Origin: a virus
Taxonomy: Duplodnaviria; Caudoviricetes
Virus record (IMG/VR): IMGVR_UViG_3300031460_000004
Coordinates: 1 to 32,887 of that record
DNA: 32,887 bases
Reading direction: 5' to 3' (one strand)
Each line of letters opens with the position of its first letter. The first letter of the stretch is position 1. The notes below the pieces were generated by a model. That model was given only the letters and a program-made list of their open reading frames with translations, did no database searches and was not told the origin of the DNA. This document shows, piece by piece, positions 8,878 to 18,174 of the stretch. The translations under genes and the position numbers were made by a program.

Positions 8878-9311
8878 TCGCGCGCCCGGTCCCGACGCTT
8901 GACGGCCGGCTGCAATTCGGCCCAGGCATAGGACGCAAAAATAGCGTCGATGAACGGGCCAGGGTGCGTGTCGAGCCACTCCATGCGGCGCTCGAACTCG
9001 TCCTGCTCGTCCTCGCCCCCCCGCCGCACGGGGCGACCGTTAATCGCGCGCAAGGCCATGGCGATACGAATCGTCTTGGCCGCCTTGGGTTGCAAGATGG
9101 GCGGGACGCGTTGCAGGCGGAGCGTGAGCTTGTCTTCTTCCTGCTTGTTGAGGATATGCCACGTCACGTCCCATCCCTGGTCGCCGTACTCAACGATGGC
9201 CTCAATGGGCGTGATCGTGCCCCACTCCGGCAAGGGAATACCGCCACCCTCGCCCTCGCCCTCACCGTCACGCGGCGGCGCATCCTGTGCATCGAGCGAC
9301 GTATCAGCCAT
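8856..9311 (-). CDS. Tail assembly chaperone (gpG-like)
   Basis: Between tube and tape measure; AAGGTGG RBS, ATG 9311; ends DPNSGGH with the slippery site. Confidence 0.75.
   Translation of the reverse strand: MADTSLDAQDAPPRDGEGEGEGGGIPLPEWGTITPIEAIVEYGDQGWDVTWHILNKQEEDKLTLRLQRVPPILQPKAAKTIRIAMALRAINGRPVRRGGEDEQDEFERRMEWLDTHPGPFIDAIFASYAWAELQPAVKRRDRARDPNSGGH
8871..8877 (-). other. Programmed -1 ribosomal frameshift site CCCAAAC
   Basis: X XXY YYZ heptamer in the correct phase (GAC CCA AAC), four codons before the stop; the -1 frame stays open to 8458. Confidence 0.75.
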
Positions 9312-9407
9312 AACCACGCGCCACCACCTTTTACGACGTGGCACAGACGAGTCTACACCCGTCTGTGTCCCGTTCCCAACCTACACCACGTCACCTATGG
9401 CTAACGA

Positions 9408-9968
9408 CTAGTTGCCGAGCAAGCCCTTCGGGACGTTGCGGCCTTGCTTGCCGTCGTCACCGAAGGCGTAGCCACGGGATATCGCGGTCATACTCTCGGT
9501 TAAGAGCCCTGTTGGGCTTTCGCCACCCCAGGAATAATTTGAAATCCCGCAATCGGAGTAGTGCCACGTTGCATCTTCGCGTGTCTGGTAGCCACCCTTT
9601 GGGTCCATAATGGCCTGGTAGAGATAGTGGTAGCGCATGACGAAGGGCAGGTCGCGGAAGTCCACGTCCTGCACGCCAGGATACTCGTTGCGCACCATTT
9701 CGGGGAGGTCCGACCCACGCTGCATCTGACGGCGCAGGGTGATGGTGAACTGGCGCGCGCCGACCACGACTTCCTGAAAGTCACTGCCGCCTTCGGGTTC
9801 CAGGTGGACGCCGTTCGCCTCGGCGTTGTTGAACATCTGCCAGCCGCCGAGCAACTGCCCTCCGAGGTAGAGTTGGCAATAGCGGGCGTGGCGTTTGCGT
9901 GTTCGGTTATTATCACGCATGTACGAGTGAATATCCTGCGAGAGGACAGGTCGGCTTGTCACAGGCAT
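9408..9968 (-). CDS. Tail tube protein
   Basis: Directly after the sheath gene; beta-rich; WHYSDCGISNYSWG...LTESMT pattern typical of tube proteins. Confidence 0.75.
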   Translation of the reverse strand: MPVTSRPVLSQDIHSYMRDNNRTRKRHARYCQLYLGGQLLGGWQMFNNAEANGVHLEPEGGSDFQEVVVGARQFTITLRRQMQRGSDLPEMVRNEYPGVQDVDFRDLPFVMRYHYLYQAIMDPKGGYQTREDATWHYSDCGISNYSWGGESPTGLLTESMTAISRGYAFGDDGKQGRNVPKGLLGN

Positions 9969-10127
9969 GGGTTGAAACTCCCAGCAGTGTTAAGGTCCCA
10001 CGACCGCCCTGCGTCTCTCCATGGACACGCGCGGGGTGGTAGGACAGCGGTAGGACAAAAAAGTGCAAACAGGCGTGCGTGCGCACGCACACACGTGTAG
10101 GCGTGTGCGTGCGCCTATGGAACTGAG

Positions 10128-11624
10128 CTAGAAGCCGACGATGGGGGTGATGTCAATCTCGCCGTAGGGGAACGGGTAGAGCAGGTTGACCGCGGCCTGG
10201 GGGCGGCCCGTCGCCGGGTCGATGGACAACTGGATACCGCCGGGGCCAAGTCCGTTCGTCGTGTCACCCATCTGGGCCACGGCGGTATTGAGCGCATAGG
10301 TGATATCGGCCACGTCACTGCTGCTGTCGAGGCGCGCCTGCCCGCTGAACGGATCGACCGCCTGGTACAGCCCGTACTCCACGGCATTGTCTACATCGCG
10401 CATTGACACCTGGTAAAAGATGTTGACGTTGTTGGAGCCAGCCGGGTACTCGGGCGTGGTCGTGATGTTGTCACGGATCGTGATGGGGCCGTTTGCGGCC
10501 GTTTGTCGCAACACCGTGAGTCCGGCCGCGCCCAGCGCATCCATTTGTGAAGGCGACAGGGGGCCGGTGACGCCCGTGTTGCCAAAACCCGTGAAACCGT
10601 TCAGGGGCTGGTTCTTGTTGCACGTCACGCGACGCGGGCCGGATGCCTTGAGCGCCACGAGCGCCGCCGCCTCGTAGAAGCCAGCGTAGGTGTCACCCGC
10701 GCCCGTCACCGGGTTAGCCATGAAGGCGAGGTCGTGTCCCACGCATTGCAGGCGGTCGGACAGGAACGGCGTCGTGTACGAGCCCGCCAGCGTCGTGTAG
10801 GGCGTGCCGGTGGCCGCGCCAAGGCCGAAAAAGCGATAATTGTTCGCGCCAATGGCCGCCGACAGGTGCGCTAGCACCGTGGGCGCGATGGCGGCGGCGT
10901 CGAACGCCGCCCAGCCATAATCGGCGCGGTAGGCCAGGCTCTGCTGCATCAGGGACGCGATGGTCGGATCGCTCGCGGTCGCGCCCTTGCCGTCCAAGCC
11001 GCCCGTGAACGCTGTGCCGGGGGCCGCGACCGCAACGCCTGGATACGCGGTCGCGCTGTTGACGGCCGAAACGGTGACGACCGACGAGGGATTGGCGACG
11101 GGTTGCGCGCCTGCGATACGGTCAGCGATAGCCTGCCACGACGAGAGGTCTCCCTGCGCGCTTGTGATGGCAAAGACGGGCGCGTTGGCCGCCAAGGTAT
11201 CCACGACGATCACGGAGGTAATGGCGCTGGTGGCGCCGCCCACGGTCGTCTGCACCGCTAGCGCGTTGCCGCGTGAGCCGGCGTACGCGCCAATGCCCTG
11301 TAGCGTCAGGCCACCGAGAGTGGCCGAAGCGCGGGTAACGCCGACGCGGCAGCCGACGATGTTGATGGGCGAGCTGCGGCGCGTTTGCGCCTGGCTCCCC
11401 AACACCTGGATGCCCAGCGGGCCGGTATAGCCAAGGGACAGGGGCGACGAGGCGAGACCATAGACCTGTTGTGCCTGCTGAGGAGACAGGTTGGGAATCG
11501 GCACGTCCGGGCCTTGCGGCGCGGTGAAGTAGGCGGCGACGCTATTGGCTGCGTTGCCGGCGGTGAGTTGTGTCGCCACCTGCGTCGGGTTAACGACCGT
11601 CTTGGATGGAGCGTACGGGGGCAT
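10128..11624 (-). CDS. Tail sheath protein
   Basis: GGAGG RBS, ATG 11624; FTGGLDG, YAGSRGNAL, IRDNITT and a terminal P...I.I strand pattern. Confidence 0.85.
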   Translation of the reverse strand: MPPYAPSKTVVNPTQVATQLTAGNAANSVAAYFTAPQGPDVPIPNLSPQQAQQVYGLASSPLSLGYTGPLGIQVLGSQAQTRRSSPINIVGCRVGVTRASATLGGLTLQGIGAYAGSRGNALAVQTTVGGATSAITSVIVVDTLAANAPVFAITSAQGDLSSWQAIADRIAGAQPVANPSSVVTVSAVNSATAYPGVAVAAPGTAFTGGLDGKGATASDPTIASLMQQSLAYRADYGWAAFDAAAIAPTVLAHLSAAIGANNYRFFGLGAATGTPYTTLAGSYTTPFLSDRLQCVGHDLAFMANPVTGAGDTYAGFYEAAALVALKASGPRRVTCNKNQPLNGFTGFGNTGVTGPLSPSQMDALGAAGLTVLRQTAANGPITIRDNITTTPEYPAGSNNVNIFYQVSMRDVDNAVEYGLYQAVDPFSGQARLDSSSDVADITYALNTAVAQMGDTTNGLGPGGIQLSIDPATGRPQAAVNLLYPFPYGEIDITPIVGF

Positions 11625-11754
11625 GGCGTGAACCTCCATCCCGTCGCGTGACACGAGGTGACGCAACAGGGTGGCTAAGGGCCACGCCCACGCGTGACCA
11701 GAGAACGGAGGGGGAACGAACAGGACCGACGATGCGGAACAGCAACGGCAGCGG

Positions 11755-11796
11755 CAGCGCGCGCGTCAGCGCGCGCGTCAGCGCGCGCGTCAGCGC
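11755..11796. repeat. 12-bp tandem repeat (CAGCGCGCGCGT) x3.5
   Basis: Directly visible; intergenic between the tail terminator and sheath genes. Confidence 0.9.
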
Positions 11797-11809
11797 CGCA
11801 CCCAGGGCA

Positions 11810-12553
11810 TCATGGGATGATGGTGCGTGTGACGCTGGCGACCGAGGGAACAGGCGCGAGCGCGCCAGGGAGATACATGGGCGCGCCCCCCTGCCCCTGC
11901 GTGGCGGGCAGCGCCGTTACAGCCAATGCAGGGCGCGGGTAGGGCGACAGGGGCGCGTACCACGCGCACGCGATGTCGGCCACCAGCGTCACCGTGCCGC
12001 GATAGATCTGGCCGTAGGGGCGATCATCCGACAGGCGCGGTTCCGGCGCCTGATCGGCGGCAAAGCGTTTGGACACAATGCCGGCGTCGTCCAGTTTGTG
12101 CAAAACAATGGCGGTCTGTGTGGCGCCCGAGGGCAGCACGGCGTACGCGGTCTGCATGCTCCAGCGCAGGTAGCTCATCAGGTATGTGCGCTGGGCCTGG
12201 TCGAGCGCCGCTATCTCGAACACGATCTGCGAGTCGGTCGCTTCCTCGCCGAACGTGGCGTATCCACCAGGCGTGCGGTCGATGGCGACGATGTTGTCGC
12301 CCGAATTGATCGGTTGCGGCCCCAGGCGCACCTGCACCGCTACCTGTGGATACTGCGCCTCTTCATCGGCCAGGATAGACGCCACGCGCACCGTCAACGG
12401 GGCGCCCGTGGCGTCTACGAGAGGTGCGAAGAGGGGTTGAATGATGGCGCACACGTTGCGCACGGCGTCGTCACCAAAGCCTGCAATGGTCTGGATAGGC
12501 GACGCTGTGTAGGCATAGGCCGACGACTCCGGGGGCGCGGACGACTGCGACAT
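11810..12553 (-). CDS. Putative tail terminator/completion protein
   Basis: Just upstream of the sheath gene; YPQVAV...IVFEIAALDQAQRTYL pattern. Confidence 0.65.
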   Translation of the reverse strand: MSQSSAPPESSAYAYTASPIQTIAGFGDDAVRNVCAIIQPLFAPLVDATGAPLTVRVASILADEEAQYPQVAVQVRLGPQPINSGDNIVAIDRTPGGYATFGEEATDSQIVFEIAALDQAQRTYLMSYLRWSMQTAYAVLPSGATQTAIVLHKLDDAGIVSKRFAADQAPEPRLSDDRPYGQIYRGTVTLVADIACAWYAPLSPYPRPALAVTALPATQGQGGAPMYLPGALAPVPSVASVTRTIIP

Positions 12554-12593
12554 GGGCGCCCCCTATCCCTGCGGCTCGTCACGTCGTGGCGAC

Positions 12594-13058
12594 TTAAAGG
12601 TCGGCGGCGAAAGCGTACGCCCCGAAATAAGCGCGCATCTCGCGCACGCGGGGCGACGCCCACGCGCGGGCCGCGAAGTCATTCGCCGCCCGGCCTTTTG
12701 TCATGTCCGGCGCCGGCGCCGATGCCTGTGCCGTTGTCTGCGAGTGGACGCGCGCGCCCTGACGACGCGAGGACGAGGATGAGGCGCGCACCCCTCGTGT
12801 CGTCGTGCGCGCTATTGTACGTGGGGACGCTCCCGTGCGCACGAACTCACCGTCATAGACCATGCGCAACTCGCCCATCAGATGGCCGGTCGGCACGAAG
12901 CGCACGCTTAGTTGCAAGAGCCCCGTGCGGCGCGGGGCCTGCGCCTGTGTTTCTTCGGCCCACGCCTCGCCCACGGCCAGCAAAGCGGCGTCGGCGCCCT
13001 GATCCAGGCGTTCCAGCAGACGCGCGACAGCCTCACTCAGACTCCCGTGTGACGCCAC
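12594..13058 (-). CDS. HK97 gp10-like neck/tail completion protein
   Basis: QAQAPRRTGLLQLSV resembles the AP.DTG.L..SI motif; position in the neck module. Confidence 0.7.
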   Translation of the reverse strand: MASHGSLSEAVARLLERLDQGADAALLAVGEAWAEETQAQAPRRTGLLQLSVRFVPTGHLMGELRMVYDGEFVRTGASPRTIARTTTRGVRASSSSSRRQGARVHSQTTAQASAPAPDMTKGRAANDFAARAWASPRVREMRAYFGAYAFAADL

Positions 13059-13111
13059 GAATGTGTACCTTTCAAGGACGGGAGCCCACGTGCTTTAGGC
13101 GTGGGAGAAGG

Positions 13112-13435
13112 TCAACCGATGGACGGCGTGGCTATCGCCGCGCCTGGACGCGCGGACGCGGCCGATGGGGGCGGGGGCGTCACGACGCTGGCCGTCGCCG
13201 TCGCCGTATCAGCAATGATCGTCGCCGCCTCCTTGGCGGCTTTGGCCGTGCCCGCGCTGGGGTCAGTGTAGCCCGCGCGCCGCAACTCATCGGCCTCCTC
13301 CTGCGAGTCTGCCGTGACCGTGCCATCCGCTCCCGTCAGGTAGTAGCGGCCTGAGCGCACGGTATAGGATGCGTGATAGTCCGGCGCCCGCAGCACGAGC
13401 GCGTTGTCTGTTTTTGTCGTGGTCGTCGTTGCCAT
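13112..13435 (-). CDS. Hypothetical virion-region protein with Ala/Thr/Pro-rich tail
   Basis: GAGG RBS; fits the operon; GC-rich third codon positions. Confidence 0.7.
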   Translation of the reverse strand: MATTTTTKTDNALVLRAPDYHASYTVRSGRYYLTGADGTVTADSQEEADELRRAGYTDPSAGTAKAAKEAATIIADTATATASVVTPPPPSAASARPGAAIATPSIG

Positions 13436-13489
13436 AGCGTCGGGTCCTCTCTCTGCTGTGGATCGTGCGGGGGTCGCATGCGTGGGGCA

Positions 13490-14107
13490 TTAAGTCCATG
13501 TGCCGGGCACAGGGCCACTCAGGTCTGGCACGGCCAGCCGATAGATGATGTCCGCTGGATCGCGCATCTCAACAGCGCAGTGGTGCATCACGACCTGCCC
13601 GCCCAGCGTCTGCGGATCGTCCACGTCGGCGACCACGAAGCGCGTCGTCACCGTGGACGGCGGTATCACGCGGACCACCACATCGTCTTTTTTTACGTCA
13701 TGGTCGCCGGGAGCGAGATAGAGTCGATCCTCGCTGTATTGCACGATGCCGTCATCCGTCTGCTGCGTCCGATTCTCGTTCTGTACCACGACCGCCTCAA
13801 TCGGGATGGGGTTCAGGTAGCCCCCCTGTTGCGGGATTGTGACCGTCGCTGGGATGATGAAGCCTGTTCCAAAGCACGTCGGGTCGTTCGGACGCGTCAC
13901 CTCGTGCCGGTCGGGGTCCCAACACGTCGGGCACGGCACAGCGCGCTGTCCTGTCGCGGGGTCAATCGTCGTGGCCGTGATACGCACCGCCAGCCAGCAG
14001 CGTTGCGGCCCCGCCATCATGCGGACGCGATACAGCAGAGAGTCCCTGGCGAGCGTATAGGGGTTGAAGGACCCCATGCCCATCACTGGCTGCATCGCCC
14101 CCCCCAT
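13490..14107 (-). CDS. Putative head-closure/neck protein with a Cys cluster
   Basis: CPTCW...PTCFGTGF motif followed by a beta-rich region; position after the adaptor. Confidence 0.65.
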   Translation of the reverse strand: MGGAMQPVMGMGSFNPYTLARDSLLYRVRMMAGPQRCWLAVRITATTIDPATGQRAVPCPTCWDPDRHEVTRPNDPTCFGTGFIIPATVTIPQQGGYLNPIPIEAVVVQNENRTQQTDDGIVQYSEDRLYLAPGDHDVKKDDVVVRVIPPSTVTTRFVVADVDDPQTLGGQVVMHHCAVEMRDPADIIYRLAVPDLSGPVPGTWT

Positions 14108-14175
14108 GCCCGCTCAGTGGCTTCCAGGGCATAGCGCGCCCGTTGTGTCCGACACAGGGTGTCCGCTGCGCTGCG

Positions 14176-14610
14176 TTAGCCCGCTGTTTCCCGCTGAAAT
14201 TCGTCCCAAATGATGCGGCCAGCCGCAGTAGGTCCTGTGTTTTGAGGGGAATACGATTCCGCCGGATATAGATTTGCCTTCTCGAACCACACTTGCGCCT
14301 GCTTACTCAGAGCGGCGGCGCGGGCGGCCCAGTCAATGTTGCCGCCGCCACCAAGTTTGATGTCCTGGGACACCAACGCCGCGTTATTCGCCGCCACGGA
14401 CAGCGCCTCGTAGGTGGCCCAGTCAAGGTTGCCCATGTTGTTTTGCAGGAACAGGGCGTACTCTTGGTCCGAAAACAGCACGGAGCGCTGGTCAAGGGCG
14501 CCCGTCACATTAGAGAAGTTTGTGTCAGAGAGACGCAAACGGAGCTGGTAGATAGGCGCGAGCGGGCCGGTCGTCGTGGGGTCGTACGAGTAACTTGCTT
14601 GGTAAGGCAC
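14176..14610 (-). CDS. Head-tail adaptor protein
   Basis: QLRLRLSDT...LFSDQEY..FL pattern typical of SPP1 gp15-like adaptors; GGAGG RBS with GTG start. Confidence 0.75.
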   Translation of the reverse strand: MPYQASYSYDPTTTGPLAPIYQLRLRLSDTNFSNVTGALDQRSVLFSDQEYALFLQNNMGNLDWATYEALSVAANNAALVSQDIKLGGGGNIDWAARAAALSKQAQVWFEKANLYPAESYSPQNTGPTAAGRIIWDEFQRETAG

Positions 14611-14632
14611 GGCGCGCTACCTCCCCTCTCGG

Positions 14633-15034
14633 CTACCCGCCGTGCCGCATCTGTTGCCGGCGTAGGTCGGCGTCGCGCTCGGCTTTCGTAGCCCACTGAG
14701 GCGACCAGCCGCTAAAGTATTTGCGTGCTTCCGTGATGCGTCCGGTGGCCTCATATTCGGCCACGCGCCCGCCCTGGGCGATGGCTTTTTCCAGGATGCC
14801 GTTGGTTACGTTAAACGCGCCTTGCATCCCCAGGTCGCGCCGCACCGCGTCAAGGGATGCGCCTGCTTCACGCCGCCGGTAGGCTTCTCCTAAAATCTGC
14901 TCACCCGACCCGTGGATGAGGTCCGACTCCAAACTGTCGAGCAGCGGGGAGTCCATCGCGTCGTACGAGGGCGTGTCGGCGGGCTCCCAGGCGATGTCAG
15001 ACGCGGCAGGACCAAAGTCAGGAACAGCAGGCAT
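14633..15034 (-). CDS. Hypothetical protein between capsid and adaptor
   Basis: 133-aa ORF in operon orientation with phage-like codon usage. Confidence 0.65.
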   Translation of the reverse strand: MPAVPDFGPAASDIAWEPADTPSYDAMDSPLLDSLESDLIHGSGEQILGEAYRRREAGASLDAVRRDLGMQGAFNVTNGILEKAIAQGGRVAEYEATGRITEARKYFSGWSPQWATKAERDADLRRQQMRHGG

Positions 15035-15054
15035 TGGGCTATGCTCTCACTTAC

Positions 15055-15089
15055 TTGTCATAGTATCTAAAGTGGGGTATAATAGATAC
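15055..15089 (+). promoter_or_regulatory. Sigma70 promoter with overlapping inverted-repeat operator
   Basis: TTGTCA-17 bp-TATAAT; GTATCTA (15063-15069) and TAGATAC (15083-15089) form an inverted repeat. Confidence 0.8.
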
Positions 15090-15104
15090 ATGAGGAGGGA
15101 AGAC

Positions 15105-15272
15105 ATGGAAGACGACCGGCCTATTAGCGTCCGCCTGACCGCCGATCTTAAACGGGGCTTACGAAAGGAGGCAGAGCGAAATCACCGCTCAATGAACGGT
15201 GAGATCAACGTCGCTATCTTGGAGCATCTGGCACGCGCCACCGTCAAGCGCGCCACGGGGAGAGAGGACTAG
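15105..15272 (+). CDS. Arc-family ribbon-helix-helix DNA-binding protein
   Basis: ISVRLTADLKRGLRKEAERNHRSMNGEINVAI matches the Arc pattern; GAGGAGG RBS; alternative leaderless ATG at 15090. Confidence 0.85.
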   Translation: MEDDRPISVRLTADLKRGLRKEAERNHRSMNGEINVAILEHLARATVKRATGRED

Positions 15273-15341
15273 ACAGAACGACGCCGCCACAAGATGAGGA
15301 CCTTGTAGCGGCGTCTAGGACACACGAAAGGATGTTTTCGC

Positions 15342-16307
15342 ATGACCGTAGCCGCAGTATACGCGCATCCTGTGACGGATGACGAGTTCACCGCGCTCTT
15401 TCCCGTGACCCGCGATATCGATTTGATGGTGATGCTTGGTGTCACCAAGTCCGTTGTTCGTCGTCGCGCTGAACGCCTTGGGTTGTCCAAGGACCCGGCC
15501 CATGTCTCGCACGTTAAGAGCGAAGCCCATCGCGGCGATAAACACTACGCCTGGAAAGGACCGGAGCGGCAAGAGGAACGTGAGCACCTGCGTATCACGC
15601 CAGAGTACAAGGAGTGGCGTCGCGCCGTCTTAGAGCGCGACGCCTATACCTGCGCCTGGTGCGGGTACGAGGGCACGACGCACACGATGCATGCCCATCA
15701 CATCAAGGCATGGGCTGAGTACGTCGAGTTGCGCACCGTTATCAGCAATGGTGTGGCTTTGTGCCGCAATTGTCACGCCGACTATCACGGCCTGACCATT
15801 CGGCGGCGAGAGCGCATCCCCTGTAGGTGTGGCTGTGAAACCATTATCGACACCATCGACAAGTGGGGCTATCGCCGCCAGTATGTCAAAGGTCACCAGC
15901 ACAAGGGGAAACGCTTCACGGACGAACACCGTGCCGCGCTATCTGTCGCTCGACGCAATAGTCCGCGCGGTCCATTAAGCGATGAGCACAAAGCCAAGGT
16001 CGGCGCCGCGAACAGGGGCAAGAAGCGCACGCCTGAGTATTGCGCAGCTCATAGTGAACGCAAGAAAGGATGGCAACCATCTGACGAAACACGCGCCCGC
16101 ATGTCCGCAACCCATCTCGCCATGGGCAAGAAAGAATGGACAAACGACGCCATGACGAAAGAAGAGTTTATCGCCCTTTACCCAACCATGACGAATGTGG
16201 AACTCGCCAGGCGCTGCCACTTTAGCTCCAGTGCTATTTCCTGGTGGGCGCACCGCTTGAACCTGCCGGGCAAGCCACGCGGATGCCCGCCCCGCGTGGC
16301 CCCTTAA
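15342..16307 (+). CDS. HNH homing endonuclease with NUMOD3-like repeats
   Basis: EYKEWRRAVLERDAYTCAWC...HAHHIK...NGVALCRNCH..YH; KGKRFTDEHRAALS, LSDEHKAKV and PSDETRARMS repeats; AAAGGA RBS. Confidence 0.9.
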   Translation: MTVAAVYAHPVTDDEFTALFPVTRDIDLMVMLGVTKSVVRRRAERLGLSKDPAHVSHVKSEAHRGDKHYAWKGPERQEEREHLRITPEYKEWRRAVLERDAYTCAWCGYEGTTHTMHAHHIKAWAEYVELRTVISNGVALCRNCHADYHGLTIRRRERIPCRCGCETIIDTIDKWGYRRQYVKGHQHKGKRFTDEHRAALSVARRNSPRGPLSDEHKAKVGAANRGKKRTPEYCAAHSERKKGWQPSDETRARMSATHLAMGKKEWTNDAMTKEEFIALYPTMTNVELARRCHFSSSAISWWAHRLNLPGKPRGCPPRVAP

Positions 16308-16326
16308 AGCTAATCGGCGTAACTGT

Positions 16327-16369
16327 CGCATAGTTAGTATAGGTTACAGTAATCTATACTAACTATGCG
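16327..16369. terminator. 43-bp near-perfect AT-rich palindrome between the convergent HNH and capsid genes
   Basis: 21-bp arms with one mismatch; includes the capsid stop codon. Confidence 0.65.
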
Positions 16370-17583
16370 CCCGCGAACTTAATCGCGGAATAGTACTTAT
16401 AACCATTCATTGCTAGTGCGAACGAAAATCCCATGAGTATGTCATCATGAGTCAAGAGGTACTCATCGGCGCTGCCGCCGTTGATGCCCTGGCGCTGCGG
16501 GATATTGCGCCACAGGGTGGGGCGCAGGCCCTTGCCGCGCTGCGTAATGTACATCAGGGGGCCGGCGTCGGCGCGCGGCAGGATGTAGTACGCGGTCGGG
16601 TTGGTCAGATAGCGCTCCAGGACCAGTTGCAGGATGGGCTGCAAGATGGTCTGTCGCAGCGGGCTCTCGTTGCCGAGCGTCGTAATGGGGTTGGCTGTGC
16701 CGGCGGCAATCAGCACCGTGCTGTTGAGGATCTGTGCGGCCTGCTGCGCGAGGCTAGCGGGCACGACCAAATACTTGGCCGGCTCGTTCATCGGCACGCC
16801 CGACGGGTTGAGGTCGGGGTCGCCCGTGAAGGAGTTGACGGCGGCGAGGCCCGCCTGGATGTTGTTGGGGGAGAGCGCCGAGGCGGCGCCGGAGATGAGG
16901 TTGCCGGTGAGGCCACCCATCTGGGCGCTGGCGCGCGAGGCCGAGAAAATGGGCAGACCGTCATAGGTCAGGGGGTTGCCTTCCAACCCGCTGCGCACCA
17001 CGATTTTGTTGATGGTCCTATCAACGGCGTTGGTCATGCGGGTGGGCATCGAGTTCAGGAACTGGAGGTCGTCGTTCTCGATGACCTGGAAGGGCAGCGA
17101 GATGTAGCGGCCCCACTTCTTCAGGGAGAACTGCAAGGTCTTGTCCGAGAGCGCGGAATCGCGGTAATCCGACTCCTGGAAGATTTGCAGCGCGTCTTCC
17201 ATCTGGGCCGGGAAGACGATGGTATTGACCTTGTAGTTGATGACCTGCTCTTCGTGCGCGTAGGTCTTGAAGGCCGGCTCGTACTGCTTGAACCACTCAT
17301 CCAGGCGGCGGTACATCAGGTTGGACATTAGGCCGGGCAGGTCACTCGTGGACGCGGACTCACGAACCACGGCGGCGTCAATCGGGTTGCCGTTGGCGTC
17401 GTGCGCGGTGGTCTCGCGGATGACGCTGGACTGATGGTCATAGTCAATCGGCGAGAGACCCTGCGACTCGCGGGCGCGGCCTAGGGCGATACCGAACTCC
17501 TTGAGTGGCATGGACCCCAGGCGCGTCAAATCGACGCCAGGGATGGCCGGGAAGGCGGGGACGGTGTTGGTGGCAGTAGCCAT
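16363..17583 (-). CDS. Major capsid protein (HK97 fold, Mu gpT-like)
   Basis: STSDLP, LKKWGR.ISL..QVIENDDL, DGLPIFS, PAKYLVVPASL motifs; very strong GC3 bias; AGAGGA RBS, ATG 17583. Confidence 0.92.
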   Translation of the reverse strand: MATATNTVPAFPAIPGVDLTRLGSMPLKEFGIALGRARESQGLSPIDYDHQSSVIRETTAHDANGNPIDAAVVRESASTSDLPGLMSNLMYRRLDEWFKQYEPAFKTYAHEEQVINYKVNTIVFPAQMEDALQIFQESDYRDSALSDKTLQFSLKKWGRYISLPFQVIENDDLQFLNSMPTRMTNAVDRTINKIVVRSGLEGNPLTYDGLPIFSASRASAQMGGLTGNLISGAASALSPNNIQAGLAAVNSFTGDPDLNPSGVPMNEPAKYLVVPASLAQQAAQILNSTVLIAAGTANPITTLGNESPLRQTILQPILQLVLERYLTNPTAYYILPRADAGPLMYITQRGKGLRPTLWRNIPQRQGINGGSADEYLLTHDDILMGFSFALAMNGYKYYSAIKFAGA

Positions 17584-17727
17584 TGCTGTCGTTCCTCTAG
17601 TGGTGTTACGGCCGCACCACAAAAGAGGAGCGGCAGGGGAAGGGTGAAACGCGAGAGATAGACGGAAAGCGATAGACAGAGGGCGCGCAGCGGACGCGCG
17701 CGCGCTGTATGGACGCGACTGCGGGGG

Positions 17728-18123
17728 CTACTGGGGGGCAAGCTCAACGAAGGCGGCGGTCGTCAGACCATACGCCTGAGCGGCGCCGGTGGTGGTGCCG
17801 ATGAGCGTGTTGCCCGTGGCGGTCGCCGTCAGCGTCGAGGGGTAAGCCGTCGAATAGTAGTTGGGGCCGAACGCCTGCACGGTCGAACCGTTGGCAATCG
17901 TGGTCCCCGTGGCGTACAGGGGCGTGCCTGCCGCCGTGCCCGCGGGCACGGGCAGCAGCACTTCGCCATGCTCAATCAGGACGGTCGTCCCGCCAATCGC
18001 GCACGTCAAGACGGATGTGCCAATTTTGTTGAGTTCTTTCGCCAACTCGTTGGACACATGCGCGCCGGCCGCAGCCGGTACATCGACCACAGGTGAAAGA
18101 CGCTTACGAATCGTTGTCGCCAT
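17728..18123 (-). CDS. Putative head decoration/cement protein
   Basis: Small Thr/Ala/Gly-rich beta protein directly upstream of the capsid gene; TLTATATGNTLIG resembles capsid cement proteins. Confidence 0.65.
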   Translation of the reverse strand: MATTIRKRLSPVVDVPAAAGAHVSNELAKELNKIGTSVLTCAIGGTTVLIEHGEVLLPVPAGTAAGTPLYATGTTIANGSTVQAFGPNYYSTAYPSTLTATATGNTLIGTTTGAAQAYGLTTAAFVELAPQ

Positions 18124-18174
18124 GGTGCGGTTTTCCTCTAGTGATAATCGCGCCAGTGCTTCAAGGCGCGCAAC

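Noticed and set aside
11755-11796. CRISPR-like or iteron array
   Set aside because: Head-to-tail 12-mers without spacers; no cas or rep gene nearby.
11606-13354. 582-aa plus-strand ORF
   Set aside because: Arg-rich shadow frame antisense to well-supported neck and tail genes; typical high-GC artefact.
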